From: Chloracidobacterium sp.
GTDB taxonomy: Bacteria > Acidobacteriota > Blastocatellia > Pyrinomonadales > Pyrinomonadaceae
Reading direction: 5' to 3'
NCBI GenBank assembly: GCA_031402865.1
Contig: JANNST010000052.1
Coordinates: 4,089-68,088, forward strand
DNA: 64,000 nt
Within the stretch, counting starts at the first letter, position 1. Each line of letters opens with the position of its first letter. Below, one piece after another: positions 1 through 9,425 of this stretch. The translations under genes were made by a program, and so were the position numbers. The notes under the pieces were generated by a model. That model saw only the letters and a program-made list of their open reading frames with translations. It was not told where the DNA came from and searched no databases.

Positions 1-177
1 GTGTGGAAGAAAATCGAGGATGCACCGGGTCGAGGACGCTTAGGCACTAACGCCGATGTCAAAATAAATATTTCCGTACGTGTAAGATCGATCATAGTTT
101 TACCTCAAGTGCAGTCCTGTCCGCAGCTACCGTTTGAGTGTCCCTCAGAAGAAATTTTAGCTGTCGAATAGCTGTCA

Positions 178-855
178 TCACTTCTTCACCCTCATTATTT
201 TTTTGACGCGTGCATAGTTGTTATTTATTCGTGCCATAATCGCCTTTAGCAGCGCGGGCTTGTCCAATCGTGTTCCGGTCGACGAAGTCTCCAACAGCGG
301 CACACCATATCGCTTTGCAAGGTCGTTCAGTTGATTGCTGAAGCGAGCGTATTCTTCTGAACCTGCGTCGAGGACCGCCATGATTTCTACAACCGTCGTC
401 TCGTTCTGTTGTAGCAGCTTCGTGATCTCGCCGCTTTTGATGCCTTCGCCGCCGAACCTGCCGGTGCGTTGTACATCCGCAACATCCACAATGCCAACGA
501 TATGGTGTTCGAAGTACTTTCTAAATCCCGACGATGGTGCAATATCGACGTTGCTCCTCAACACGCGTAACAATTCCGCCTCCATAAACTCCGACTTCTC
601 AATGAGCACACTGAGGGTTTCGAAGATATGTTGATCCACGTACTCTACTTTCGTCACAGATTGCGAATTGACGGTCGAGGTCAATCCCGTATTCGCAAAA
701 ACCCCGTTACTCACGCCAAACTGATCGAGCATCGGGCGTCGCGCAGCGGGTTTCGGTGTCGGTGATGGCGAAGTTGAGGTCGTCGATTGTGCAATTAAGG
801 TGCTGCTCAGCACCATGATCGCGAGCGGTAAGAAAAAGAACTCTTTTCTAAACAT
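178..855 (-). CDS. hypothetical secreted protein
   Basis: 225-aa ORF starting 12 nt after the response-regulator stop. The N-terminus MFRKEFFFLPLAIMVLSSTLIAQS resembles a signal peptide and is followed by an S/T/P-rich linker. No family recognised by eye. Confidence 0.55.
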   Translation of the reverse strand: MFRKEFFFLPLAIMVLSSTLIAQSTTSTSPSPTPKPAARRPMLDQFGVSNGVFANTGLTSTVNSQSVTKVEYVDQHIFETLSVLIEKSEFMEAELLRVLRSNVDIAPSSGFRKYFEHHIVGIVDVADVQRTGRFGGEGIKSGEITKLLQQNETTVVEIMAVLDAGSEEYARFSNQLNDLAKRYGVPLLETSSTGTRLDKPALLKAIMARINNNYARVKKIMRVKK

Positions 856-867
856 GTAAATCCTCCT

Positions 868-2259
868 TTAGCGGATTTCTAGATCGTATTCGCGGAGTCT
901 GCGGTAAAGCGTCGATGGCGAAATGCCTAGAAGCTCAGCGGTCTTGCCCCTGTGCCATCCGGTCTTTTCCAAGGCGGTCAGGATCTGCTGACGCTCGGCG
1001 TCGCGAAGATTTGTCGGTGCCACATTGTGAAATGAAGAGGTGCCGTTTTGATGTGGTGCGTTGTAGCTGACAGAGATGTTTGCCTTCTCGATCCGGTATA
1101 CGACTTCCGGCGGAAGTTCCTTGATCGTGATCCTGTTATTGTCAGCGAGAAGCACGGCCCGCTCGAGACAGTTGCGAAGCTGACGCACATTTCCGGTCCA
1201 TGAGAAACCGTTCAATGCGTCGATTGCGGGCTGCGTAAGCTCCGGAGAGTTGTTTCCGGCAATCTTCTGCAACAGGTAGCGGGCAAGCGGCTCGATGTCT
1301 TCGAAACGCTCACGCAGCGGAGGCAGGTTGATCTCGAAACTGTTGATTCGGTATAGGAGATCGGCTCGAAAAACACCTTCTCCTACGGCCCGGTCGGTGT
1401 CACGGTTCGTGGCAGCGACAAGCCGTACATCTACTTCTACTTTTTTCACGCCGCCTACGCGAAAGAACGAACGCGTTTCAAGCGCTCGAAGCAATTTCGA
1501 CTGAAGCTGCGCAGGCATTTCCATTATCTCGTCCAGAAATAATGTTCCCCCGTGAGCCAGCTCGAAAAGTCCGAGTTTACGCGCCCTTGCACCCGAAAAA
1601 GCACCGGCCTCGTGGCCGAAAAGCTCCGATTCAAGCAGGCTGTCCTGCAACGCGGCACAGTTCAGATCGATGAATGTCTTGTCGGCCCGCGGACTTAACC
1701 GGTGGATCGCCTGTGCAATCAGCTCTTTACCTGTACCCGATTCCCCCGTTATCAAAACCGATGTGTCCGACGGAGCAACCCGGCGAACGAGGCGAAGAAC
1801 TTCCTTCATCTGCGGTGACTCGGCGACAATCTCCGGCAGATTTTTGTGAGTGCGTTCGATCTGGGCGCGAAGCCTTTGATTGTCGATCTTTAGCTGCTGT
1901 TTTTCGTCGGCTTGCGTGACCAGAGCGGCAAGCTCGTTAAGCCGATATGGCTTTGTAAGGTAATCGTAAGCGCCAAGCTTCATCGCCTCGATCGCTGTCT
2001 CAACCGTCGCCTGACCCGTAAGCATTATGACCTCCGGCGGCGTCTGGCTTTTCTCCCGCATACGCCGCAGCAGGCCGATGCCGTCCAATCTCGGCATATT
2101 TATATCGCAAAGGAGAACGTCAAAATCCTTGCCCTCGAGAGCTTCCCATGCCTCTTCGCCATCGGACGCAGTTTCAACCTCATGCCCCTGACGGCTGAGT
2201 TCTTTCTGCACAACAAGACGAAGGTTCTTTTCATCGTCAACAACAAGTAGTTTTGCCAT
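868..2259 (-). CDS. sigma-54-dependent response regulator (NtrC family: receiver + AAA+ + Fis-type HTH)
   Basis: Receiver N-terminus (LLVVDDE, DVLLCDINMP), Walker A GESGTGKE, GAFSGA loop (GAFTGA variant) and C-terminal HTH (KTAELLGISPSTLYRRL). Confidence 0.92.
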   Translation of the reverse strand: MAKLLVVDDEKNLRLVVQKELSRQGHEVETASDGEEAWEALEGKDFDVLLCDINMPRLDGIGLLRRMREKSQTPPEVIMLTGQATVETAIEAMKLGAYDYLTKPYRLNELAALVTQADEKQQLKIDNQRLRAQIERTHKNLPEIVAESPQMKEVLRLVRRVAPSDTSVLITGESGTGKELIAQAIHRLSPRADKTFIDLNCAALQDSLLESELFGHEAGAFSGARARKLGLFELAHGGTLFLDEIMEMPAQLQSKLLRALETRSFFRVGGVKKVEVDVRLVAATNRDTDRAVGEGVFRADLLYRINSFEINLPPLRERFEDIEPLARYLLQKIAGNNSPELTQPAIDALNGFSWTGNVRQLRNCLERAVLLADNNRITIKELPPEVVYRIEKANISVSYNAPHQNGTSSFHNVAPTNLRDAERQQILTALEKTGWHRGKTAELLGISPSTLYRRLREYDLEIR

Positions 2260-2271
2260 AATGGGTTTGGG

Positions 2272-2371
2272 GAAAGTCGAGAGTCGAGAGTCTAGTGTCG
2301 AGAGACGGATTTAAGAGCTTCGGAGATGTTCACTAGGTTCATCGACTTTTGACTCTTGACTCTCGACTTTC
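2272..2371. repeat. imperfect palindrome of GAGTCGAGAG-type units straddling the histidine-kinase stop codon
   Basis: Arms 2272-2301 and 2342-2371 are reverse complements (26/30 by my count). The right arm encodes the kinase tail [12 protein letters not shown]. The same unit recurs at 58504-58568 and as CTGACT tandems at 11985-12029. Confidence 0.8.
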
Positions 2372-4014
2372 TGACTAACGGGGAGAAGGATCGTGAATGT
2401 CGTACCTTTGCCTGGGTTCGAGCGAACGCTCAGACGGCCGCCGTGGTCGGTAATTATGCCGTAACAGACCGCCAGGCCGAGGCCTGTACCTTCGCCGACC
2501 TCTTTTGTCGTGAAGAAAGGCTCGAAGATCTTTGAAAGGTCTTCGGGCCGGATGCCGACCCCTGTATCTTCGACTTCGATCGCGACGCGGTTGAACTGCC
2601 CCGTGGCCCGGAATGTAAGCGTCCCGCCATCGGGCATGGCATCGATAGCATTTGTTCCGAGTGCAATAACCGCTTGCTGCAGTTGTCCGCCATCGGCATT
2701 GAGCAACGGAAGATCGTCTTCGGCTTCGATCTTTATCTGTATGTTTTCGCCGCGTTTTTGATGCGAGATAAGGTTTGCGGATGACTTCAATATTTCCGCA
2801 ACATCGAGCGGATGCCTGTCACCGGTACGGAGACGGCTGAAATCCAATAAGCCCGTTGTGATGGACTTACAGCGAAATGCCTCGCTCTTGATCAGGCCAA
2901 GATACTCGTTCAGGTCGTCCGAAGCCTCAGAGGCTTCAAATGCTCCCTCTTCGGCCCTTTTTTCTAGAGCTTCCGCACATGCGGCAATTGTCGCGAGCGG
3001 ATTGTTTATTTCATGTACAACGCCTGCAGCAAGCCTGCCGACGGCTGCCAGCTTTTCCGCCCGGCCGACCGCATGAATTGCTTCAACCCGAGCCGTGATG
3101 TCCTCGCCTACGGTAATAACATGGGTAACGTCGCCCGTCTCGTCATCCATCATCGGAACTTTGCTCACCATCCAGTGTTTCGTCGAACCGTCCTCGGCGG
3201 CAGTCTGTTGCTCGATCCTTTCAATTCTTCCGGTCCTAAAGGCACGCTCGAACTCTTCACGTACACGGCCCTCCGGATATCGAGCCAATACGTTAAAGAC
3301 ATTTCGGCCAAGTGCCGCATCGCGTGAGATGCCCTGCACACCTATTTCCCGATGCCTGTTCCAGGTTACGATCCGGAAATCGCGGTCCACCACATAAAGA
3401 GAAACGGGAAGAGCATCCAGGACGGCTTCCGTGAATCGGCGGTGTTCTTCCTTAGCACGATTGATTGAATTATTGATAGCTGCTTCATAGTGGGCGGATA
3501 AATTCACGCTCATTGCGGCCATCTGTGTAGCGGCCTCGATCATGCTGCCTTTGGCCTCGTTAAAATCGCGTTTTGCTGAAAATCCCACAACGATCGCCCC
3601 TTTTATCTCGCCATTGATATGGAGCGGGGCGACGTATTCGAGTTTGTGGCTGCTGCCATTCAATAGAAATGATTCTTCGTTCTCCTGCTTGTACCCGATC
3701 TGGGGAGGCAACAGTTCGAGCCATTTTTCAAACTTCGATTTGGAGAAGGACCGTGGGTCGATCTCGCCCCGGTCGTCGAATGCACAGCTCACGATCCCGA
3801 TATTTTCCAATTCGACAACAAATGCACACATCTCCGCCTCGACGCATTTCTGAATTGCACTGGCCACCCGGCTTGCGACTTTTTTGGGGTGAACAGTAAA
3901 AAGCAGGCTTCTTCCAAGGTCGGAAATGAATCTTAATTCTTGCGAAGAATCGGCCCTTTCAGTTATAGGCGAGAATATCCTGCTCTGTTTTTTTGCGGCA
4001 GACGGGAGTGGCAT
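2311..4014 (-). CDS. sensor histidine kinase with GAF-like and PAS domains (HisKA + HATPase_c)
   Basis: H-box [14 protein letters not shown] boxes ([24 protein letters not shown]) and a PAS-like segment ([18 protein letters not shown]). It lies directly upstream of the NtrC-type regulator. Confidence 0.88.
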   Translation of the reverse strand: MPLPSAAKKQSRIFSPITERADSSQELRFISDLGRSLLFTVHPKKVASRVASAIQKCVEAEMCAFVVELENIGIVSCAFDDRGEIDPRSFSKSKFEKWLELLPPQIGYKQENEESFLLNGSSHKLEYVAPLHINGEIKGAIVVGFSAKRDFNEAKGSMIEAATQMAAMSVNLSAHYEAAINNSINRAKEEHRRFTEAVLDALPVSLYVVDRDFRIVTWNRHREIGVQGISRDAALGRNVFNVLARYPEGRVREEFERAFRTGRIERIEQQTAAEDGSTKHWMVSKVPMMDDETGDVTHVITVGEDITARVEAIHAVGRAEKLAAVGRLAAGVVHEINNPLATIAACAEALEKRAEEGAFEASEASDDLNEYLGLIKSEAFRCKSITTGLLDFSRLRTGDRHPLDVAEILKSSANLISHQKRGENIQIKIEAEDDLPLLNADGGQLQQAVIALGTNAIDAMPDGGTLTFRATGQFNRVAIEVEDTGVGIRPEDLSKIFEPFFTTKEVGEGTGLGLAVCYGIITDHGGRLSVRSNPGKGTTFTILLPVSQKVESQESKVDEPSEHLRSS

Positions 4015-4212
4015 CGTGGTTTGCGAGAAGCCGAATGGATTACTATTTTCAGTAGTGAACTACCGGTGAGATGGTTGAAATGGCGAACACTGGAACACGT
4101 GTGGGCTTCCTCAGTAATTAGAAACGTTTTTAAACATTTTGTCAACGGTTTTAACTGTCAGGAGATGGTTTGACTGTCTTGATGTTTCAAGCAAGAATGT
4201 GAGTTAACGGTT

Positions 4213-4911
4213 ATGTGGCGAAAAGGAACTTCAACTTTTGGAACTTTGACACGCGTTTGCGTGCTTGCAGGCCTTTTCATCGTTTCGCTGTCCAATATCG
4301 GGGCACAGACTGTCGTTGATAAGACCGTTGCGACCGTCAGTGACGGCACCAGGACCGAGTTGATAACCTACTCGGATCTGCGGTGGCAGTTGGCACTGCA
4401 GCCGAATGTCCAGCTTTCCCCGCCAAGCTCGGAAGACCTCAACAGCGCATTGCAATTGCTGATTAACCAGCGGATCTTTGCACTCGAAGCCGAACGGCTG
4501 CCGAGGTCCGCGCCGACAGATAAAGAGATCGAAGCGGAGATGCGTCGAGTTTTAGCTCAGTTTCCGTCAAACGCCGAATTTGAGAGAAGGCTGAGGATTG
4601 TAGGTTTTGAATCTGTTAAAGACAGTAATCTTGAACGGTTGATAACTCAACGAATCAGTATCGAAAAATACCTCGATTTTCGATTTCGATCCTTTATAGT
4701 CAATACTCCAGAGGATGAAGCAAAGTATTACAAAGAGACCTTCGTTCCTGACTTCCGCCGTCGATTTCCGGGCCTGCTGATGCCGACTCTTGATGAAAAA
4801 CGTGCTGAGATCGACGCCCTTCTTACCGAAACAAAAGTTGTTGTAAATATCGAGGCTTTTCTGGACGACGCAAAGAGAAGGGTCGAAATTGTGATCCTCA
4901 ACGCTGTCTAG
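4213..4911 (+). CDS. SurA N-terminal-domain-like periplasmic chaperone (no PPIase domain seen)
   Basis: 232-aa ORF with a signal-like N-terminus (VCVLAGLFIVSLSNIGAQT). DKTVATVSDG...ITYSDL and the helical remainder resemble SurA_N-type proteins. Assignment is by eye only. Confidence 0.5.
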   Translation: MWRKGTSTFGTLTRVCVLAGLFIVSLSNIGAQTVVDKTVATVSDGTRTELITYSDLRWQLALQPNVQLSPPSSEDLNSALQLLINQRIFALEAERLPRSAPTDKEIEAEMRRVLAQFPSNAEFERRLRIVGFESVKDSNLERLITQRISIEKYLDFRFRSFIVNTPEDEAKYYKETFVPDFRRRFPGLLMPTLDEKRAEIDALLTETKVVVNIEAFLDDAKRRVEIVILNAV

Positions 4912-5028
4912 CGTCCGCCACTCATAAACCCCGATGCGTTATTCAACGTATTAAGCCATAACTTCGCGAATCCGAAGGATTTCATAATATAAACTGAGGC
5001 GACTTAATTCAAGAGTCTGGAGAACTGA

Positions 5029-6699
5029 ATGACATTGTTTTTTAACACTACGGCTGCGCGGCGATGCGCGTTTGCATTTCTAATCATCGGGACCCTGGTT
5101 ATACAGCCCTTTGCGCAGGCTGCTGCACCCGCGGTTACGCCGCTTTCAACGCTAGAAGGCGAGATTTCGGCGAAAGTCACGGTCGGGACTATCAAAGAAA
5201 TCACCGCAGCCCTTTCGTCCGCGGAAATGCAGGGGCGGGGCACAATGCAGCCCGGCGGCGACAAAGCGGCAAAGTGGATAGCGGACCGATTCCAAAAACT
5301 AGGCCTCAAACCTCTGGGAGACAAGGGTTCGTACCTGCAAAAGATCGATTTCAAGGAAACCTTGTTTACGTCCGACACGATGTTCAAAGTGGGCGATGAA
5401 TCCTTGAAATTTGGCTCTGATTACGCGTTCATCCCGTATTCCAAAGATGATAAGAGTGCGAGCGGCGATCTCGTCTTTGTTGCTTACGGCATTCAGGCGC
5501 CTCAAATCAAGCGCGACGACCTACGAGGAGTATCCATCCGGGGAAAAGTAGTCGTGATGTTGGACGGCCCGCCCGCCAGTATATCCAAAGAGGCTTGGGA
5601 AAAGGGGAACGCCAAGTACGTCATACTAGGGAACATTTTTCGCGAAGGCGCGGCGGCCGTTGTAATAATCGGCCACGGTCGGGAGAAGGACCCGCCTGAG
5701 CTTATCGTCGATTATTTGAGTCGCAGGCAGATTTCCCTCGCGGGCGAAAGCGAACAGTCACAGCCGATACCGCCCATTATCATGGCCGGCAAGGCCGCGG
5801 CTGAAAAATTATTCTCTAAATCGGGCACGACACTTAAAGAAGCTCTTGCAGCCGCGGAGCAAGACAGTTTCAAGCCGATCGATCTGAAACAGACCGCGAA
5901 AATAGTTTCGAAAACAAAGTCTGTTAAGGGCACGGCGAGCAACGTTGTCGGATATATTGAAGGTTCCGATCCAAAACTGAAGGAAGAGGCGGTATTATTC
6001 TCGGCCCACTACGACGCATACGGCACTGAGAATGGCAAGGTTTATTTCGGGGCGGCCGACAATGCCCTTGGCACGGCCGAGATGATGTCGGTGGCGGAGG
6101 CTTACTCACAACTTTCCAGCAAGCCGAAGCGCTCGATGATATTTTTGGCTGTAACCGGAGAAGAATATGGCCTTTACGGTTCGAAGTACTGGGCGAAAAA
6201 TCCGACCTGGAACATCAAGAAGGTTGCCGCTAATCTGAACCTTGACGGCATTGGATCGGAAGTTTACGGGCCCGTAAAGACAATGGTCGGGTACGGGTCA
6301 GAGCATTCCACTATCGGCGTTTTGCTTGATGATCTTGCCAAAACGCTGGGGATAAATGTAATTCCGGATCCGGTGCCGGAAGAAAAAGTGTTTTATCGTT
6401 CGGACCACTATTCGTTTGTCGAACGCGGCGTGCCGGCTCTTATGATCCTCGGTGCTCCGGCCGGCGATAAGGAATTATGGCTTAAGCGTATCGAAGCTTG
6501 GGAAAAGACCGACTATCATCAACCGGGCGACGTCATCCAGCCGAATTGGGCATGGGAAGGTGCCGAAACCGTTGCCGAGACAATGGGCATTCTTGGATGG
6601 CGAATAGCGGACACGGAAACGATGCCGTCATGGCTCGCTGCATCGCGCTTCGCCAAGCTCGAACGCGGAAATACGAAGGAGTTGCCGGAAGAAAAGTAG
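5029..6699 (+). CDS. M28 family metallopeptidase with PA (protease-associated) domain
   Basis: Signal peptide, then a PA-like insert (GKVVVMLDG). M28 metal-ligand contexts are AHYDAYG, GAADNALGTAEMM, TGEEYGLYGS, NLDGIG and SDHYSF. Confidence 0.82.
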   Translation: MTLFFNTTAARRCAFAFLIIGTLVIQPFAQAAAPAVTPLSTLEGEISAKVTVGTIKEITAALSSAEMQGRGTMQPGGDKAAKWIADRFQKLGLKPLGDKGSYLQKIDFKETLFTSDTMFKVGDESLKFGSDYAFIPYSKDDKSASGDLVFVAYGIQAPQIKRDDLRGVSIRGKVVVMLDGPPASISKEAWEKGNAKYVILGNIFREGAAAVVIIGHGREKDPPELIVDYLSRRQISLAGESEQSQPIPPIIMAGKAAAEKLFSKSGTTLKEALAAAEQDSFKPIDLKQTAKIVSKTKSVKGTASNVVGYIEGSDPKLKEEAVLFSAHYDAYGTENGKVYFGAADNALGTAEMMSVAEAYSQLSSKPKRSMIFLAVTGEEYGLYGSKYWAKNPTWNIKKVAANLNLDGIGSEVYGPVKTMVGYGSEHSTIGVLLDDLAKTLGINVIPDPVPEEKVFYRSDHYSFVERGVPALMILGAPAGDKELWLKRIEAWEKTDYHQPGDVIQPNWAWEGAETVAETMGILGWRIADTETMPSWLAASRFAKLERGNTKELPEEK

Positions 6700-6843
6700 A
6701 TTTTTGCGGTTGATGAGATTTTAACGCTAAGATCGCAAAGTTTTCCGCAAAGGCCGCGAAGTGAAGAGCCGTGCCCGGTAACGCCTAATGAGAATCGGCG
6801 TTCTTGACCCGGCGGGGTACTCATCGTATCATTCTAAGTTCCC

Positions 6844-6931
6844 GCCGGAGTGGCGAAATTGGTATACGCACTAGACTCAAAATCTAGCGGGCTTAACGCC
6901 CATGTCGGTTCGATTCCGACCTCCGGCACCA
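6844..6931 (+). tRNA. tRNA-Leu (anticodon CAA), CCA encoded
   Basis: Manual cloverleaf: acceptor GCCGGAG/CTCCGGC, anticodon stem CTAGA/TCTAG with loop CTCAAAA, long variable arm GGGC-TTAAC-GCCC, T arm GTCGG-TTCGATT-CCGAC, discriminator A, then CCA. Confidence 0.93.
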
Positions 6932-6977
6932 TCTTTCTGCAATATTCTCAGTTAATATAAATAGTGAATAAAAAGAC

Positions 6978-7008
6978 TTGACTCACACGGGTAGCAGTGT
7001 GCAATACT
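6978..7008 (+). promoter_or_regulatory. candidate sigma-70-type promoter (TTGACT ... TGCAAT/AATACT)
   Basis: TTGACT at 6978-6983. TGCAAT lies 16 nt downstream (7000-7005), or AATACT at 7003-7008. It sits between the tRNA and a strong plus-strand terminator. Confidence 0.3.
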
Positions 7009-7029
7009 GAGTTCACTGGGGGTGATATT

Positions 7030-7065
7030 ATGATAAATAATAAAACTGGGGACAGTAAAATCTAA
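7030..7065 (+). other. candidate 11-codon sORF (MINNKTGDSKI) within a short terminator-bounded transcription unit
   Basis: ATG preceded by GGGGGTGATATT (SD-like). It is followed by a GGATC-GCAA-GATCC hairpin (7068-7081) and the 7094-7136 terminator. There is no evidence of translation. Confidence 0.2.
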
Positions 7066-7093
7066 GCGGATCGCAAGATCCAGACAATAAACA

Positions 7094-7136
7094 GAAACAG
7101 CGTACCCTTTTGCGGATACGCGGTTTCTTTTTTTTT
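7094..7136 (+). terminator. rho-independent terminator (plus strand; may also serve the convergent minus-strand gene)
   Basis: Stem GAAACAGCGTACC / GGATACGCGGTTTC (about 12 bp with 2 mismatches, loop TTTTGC), followed by a run of 9 T. Confidence 0.75.
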
Positions 7137-7156
7137 ACTGAAGAAAAAAAGGTCTG

Positions 7157-8185
7157 CTAATTTCGGCGATAGTTTGTCGTTTGTCCTGTATTACGGTTGT
7201 AGGTCCTAATACCGTTACCGTTCCGGCTGACAGTCGAAGTATCGTTGTTCAGCACGATGGATCCCTGATAATAGTTACCATAAAAAGTTTGACCCCCGAC
7301 GTTAGCGGTTACCGAGCCGTTTGCGTTGATCGTCAATTGAATATCGGATCCATTCGTTGCGTAGAATGTGCCGCGTGCCCAGTCCGGAGGCCTGCTGGAA
7401 TTGCCGCCGCCGCCCGAACCACCGTCGTTGTTACGTGAATAATTCGTTGTCTGTCCCGTATTCCGGTTGTAGGTCCTTATTCCGTTGCCGTTCCTGCTAA
7501 CGGTCGAAACGTCATTATTGAGCGCAATCTCGTTTCGAAAATACGTTCCGTAATATGTCTGGCCATCAACGTTCGCCGACACAGTTCCGTTCTGGTTTAT
7601 CGTCAACGTCGTATCCGAACCACTAGTCGAATAAAATGTGCCGCGTGCCCAGTTCGGCGGAGTACTTGTATTGCCGCCGCCGCCTCCACCGCCTCCGCCG
7701 CCATTCCAGCCGCCGCCGTTTAAGCCGGGCAGGTCATATGTATCGGCTAAAGTGTTGACGTTGGTGCGTAAGCCATTCCATTGACGTTCAAGGTTGCGGC
7801 GGAATGGAAGGGTCGTCATCATTGTGTTGACTGGTCGGGAATCCCGCACCATACTTTCAACTTGATTGCGGCTTTCCCACCATGAATCTCCGCTATCGAA
7901 CTGGCTACGAAGCCGGTCGACCGAATTTTCAAAATCTCTGACGATGTTGTTGAACCGGTCTTCAGCCTGTGAACCGTTCAGATTACTGCGATCCATTTGG
8001 CGGTCGAAATCGCGGCGAAAGGTGTCGCTGCTTTGCTCTAGTCGTGAAATGATGTTGCTCACATCGCTTTTCGAATATCGCGCCGCATAGCGGCCCTGCC
8101 CATTTGCTCCAACCGTCGCAAAAAGCGTCACCATAGCAACGCAAAATACGAATCCCGCAGTGGAAAATCGATAAATGTTTTTCAT
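7157..8185 (-). CDS. secreted protein with a helical N-domain, poly-Gly linkers and two 77-aa tandem repeats
   Basis: Start moved to the internal ATG at 8185 (SD AAGGGAGAG upstream; signal-like MKNIYRFSTAGFVFCVAMVTLFATVGANG). Two near-identical modules PP(N/D)WARGTFY...GIRTYNRNTGQTTNY are separated by Gly-rich linkers. Confidence 0.7.
   Translation of the reverse strand: MKNIYRFSTAGFVFCVAMVTLFATVGANGQGRYAARYSKSDVSNIISRLEQSSDTFRRDFDRQMDRSNLNGSQAEDRFNNIVRDFENSVDRLRSQFDSGDSWWESRNQVESMVRDSRPVNTMMTTLPFRRNLERQWNGLRTNVNTLADTYDLPGLNGGGWNGGGGGGGGGGNTSTPPNWARGTFYSTSGSDTTLTINQNGTVSANVDGQTYYGTYFRNEIALNNDVSTVSRNGNGIRTYNRNTGQTTNYSRNNDGGSGGGGNSSRPPDWARGTFYATNGSDIQLTINANGSVTANVGGQTFYGNYYQGSIVLNNDTSTVSRNGNGIRTYNRNTGQTTNYRRN
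7160..7660 (-). repeat. intragenic tandem duplication (2 x 231 nt separated by a 39-nt Gly-rich linker)
   Basis: Repeat 1 is 7430-7660 and repeat 2 is 7160-7390. Boundaries were set from the PPNW/PPDW codons and the C-terminus. Confidence 0.85.
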
Positions 8186-8261
8186 ATGCTCTCCCTTGTC
8201 AAATTTAAGTATGGTTCCCAACGATTGTTGTAAGGTCCAAAACCATCCGTGGTAAAGATAA

Positions 8262-8276
8262 ACAAAAACCGTGCCA
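8262..8276 (-). promoter_or_regulatory. sigma-54-like -24/-12 element (TGGCACGGTTTTTGT)
   Basis: The reverse complement reads TGGCACG-GTTT-TTGT with correct GG-N10 spacing, but GT replaces the conserved GC at -12. It lies about 75 nt upstream of the 8185 start. Confidence 0.3.
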
Positions 8277-8389
8277 GTAATTAGAAAATCCGCTTAAGCA
8301 AAATGCTAAAAGTGAATATAATGTGGGTTACAACTCTGCAATAATAAAAAATTATAGTCGAAACGTTTTCTGCATACAATACTGTTCTT

Positions 8390-9421
8390 ATGTTTATTTC
8401 CGACTTCCATTTTGACTTCCCGGAACAATTAATTGCTCAGGAACCCCTTTTAAATCGCGACGATTCACGTATGTTAGTAGTCAGCCGGGGACCAGCAACA
8501 GTCGCGGATGAACAATTTGCACACTTTCCACGGTTTTTAAGGAAAACGGACGTGATCGTGTTAAATAACACGAAGGTATTTCCGGCCCGGCTTCTGGGGA
8601 AATCAGAGACGGGTGCCGCAATTGAATTGTTTCTCATTGAGGAAATAGAAGACGGCATTTGGGCGACTCTGGCACGCCCGGCAAGGAGGCTTAAACCGGG
8701 CAAGAAAATTATTTTCGGCGATCTGCTTACGATGGAAGTTTTGGAGAAAAACGTAGGTGGAAAGGTGATCGTGCAATGCAAAACCGAAGGTAAGTTCGAC
8801 GATATCGTGCAGAAAATTGGTCAGACACCGCTTCCGCCGTATATAAAGCGTAATCGAACCACAATCGACTCGGATCGCGATCGTTATCAGACAATTTATG
8901 CGAGTCAGCGCGGTGCGATTGCCGCACCAACCGCAGGACTGCACTTTACGCCAAAGGTTCTCGACGCGATCAAGAATCTTGGGGCAACGGTGGCCGAGAT
9001 CACGCTGCACGTGGGGTATGGGACGTTCGAACCTGTCCGTGTCAACGATTTGTCACAGCACAAAGTATCATCCGAACGATACGAGATTGGTGAAGAAAAC
9101 GCCGAGATCCTCAACAGAGCAAAATCCGACGGAAACCGGATCATCGCAATCGGAACAACCACGACCCGGACGCTGGAGACGGCGTTGGCAAAGCACGACA
9201 AGTTCCTGGCCGAGAAAGGCTCGGCAACGCTGACGATCACGCCGGGATTCAGTTTTCGGGCGATCGATGCCTTACTGACAAATTTTCATTTGCCGCAAAG
9301 CTCTTTGCTGGTTTTGGTTTCAGCTTTTGCAGGCCTCGAACCTATAATGGAAGCATACCGTCACGCTGTAGCTTCAAAATACCGGTTCTACAGCTATGGC
9401 GACTGCATGCTGATAATCTAG
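8390..9421 (+). CDS. queA: S-adenosylmethionine:tRNA ribosyltransferase-isomerase
   Basis: Full-length match by eye to QueA: FDFPEQLIAQEP, GTFEPV, IAIGTTTTRTLE, LLTNFHLPQSSLL. Confidence 0.95.
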   Translation: MFISDFHFDFPEQLIAQEPLLNRDDSRMLVVSRGPATVADEQFAHFPRFLRKTDVIVLNNTKVFPARLLGKSETGAAIELFLIEEIEDGIWATLARPARRLKPGKKIIFGDLLTMEVLEKNVGGKVIVQCKTEGKFDDIVQKIGQTPLPPYIKRNRTTIDSDRDRYQTIYASQRGAIAAPTAGLHFTPKVLDAIKNLGATVAEITLHVGYGTFEPVRVNDLSQHKVSSERYEIGEENAEILNRAKSDGNRIIAIGTTTTRTLETALAKHDKFLAEKGSATLTITPGFSFRAIDALLTNFHLPQSSLLVLVSAFAGLEPIMEAYRHAVASKYRFYSYGDCMLII

Positions 9422-9425
9422 TCTT

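Noticed and set aside
1-177. Possible partial minus-strand gene at the window edge (ATG at 93-95 reading towards position 1)
   Set aside because: Only about 31 codons are visible, with no recognisable motif. There is not enough evidence to call it.
4009-4024. Sigma-54-like TGGCAT...TTGC upstream of the SurA-like gene
   Set aside because: The GG-to-GC spacing is 11 nt rather than 10, the motif overlaps the histidine-kinase start codon, and it lies 200 nt from the next plus-strand gene.
6844-8300. tRNA-Leu as an integration site for a genomic island
   Set aside because: I found no direct repeat of the tRNA 3' end downstream and no integrase gene. Only one accessory-looking gene follows.
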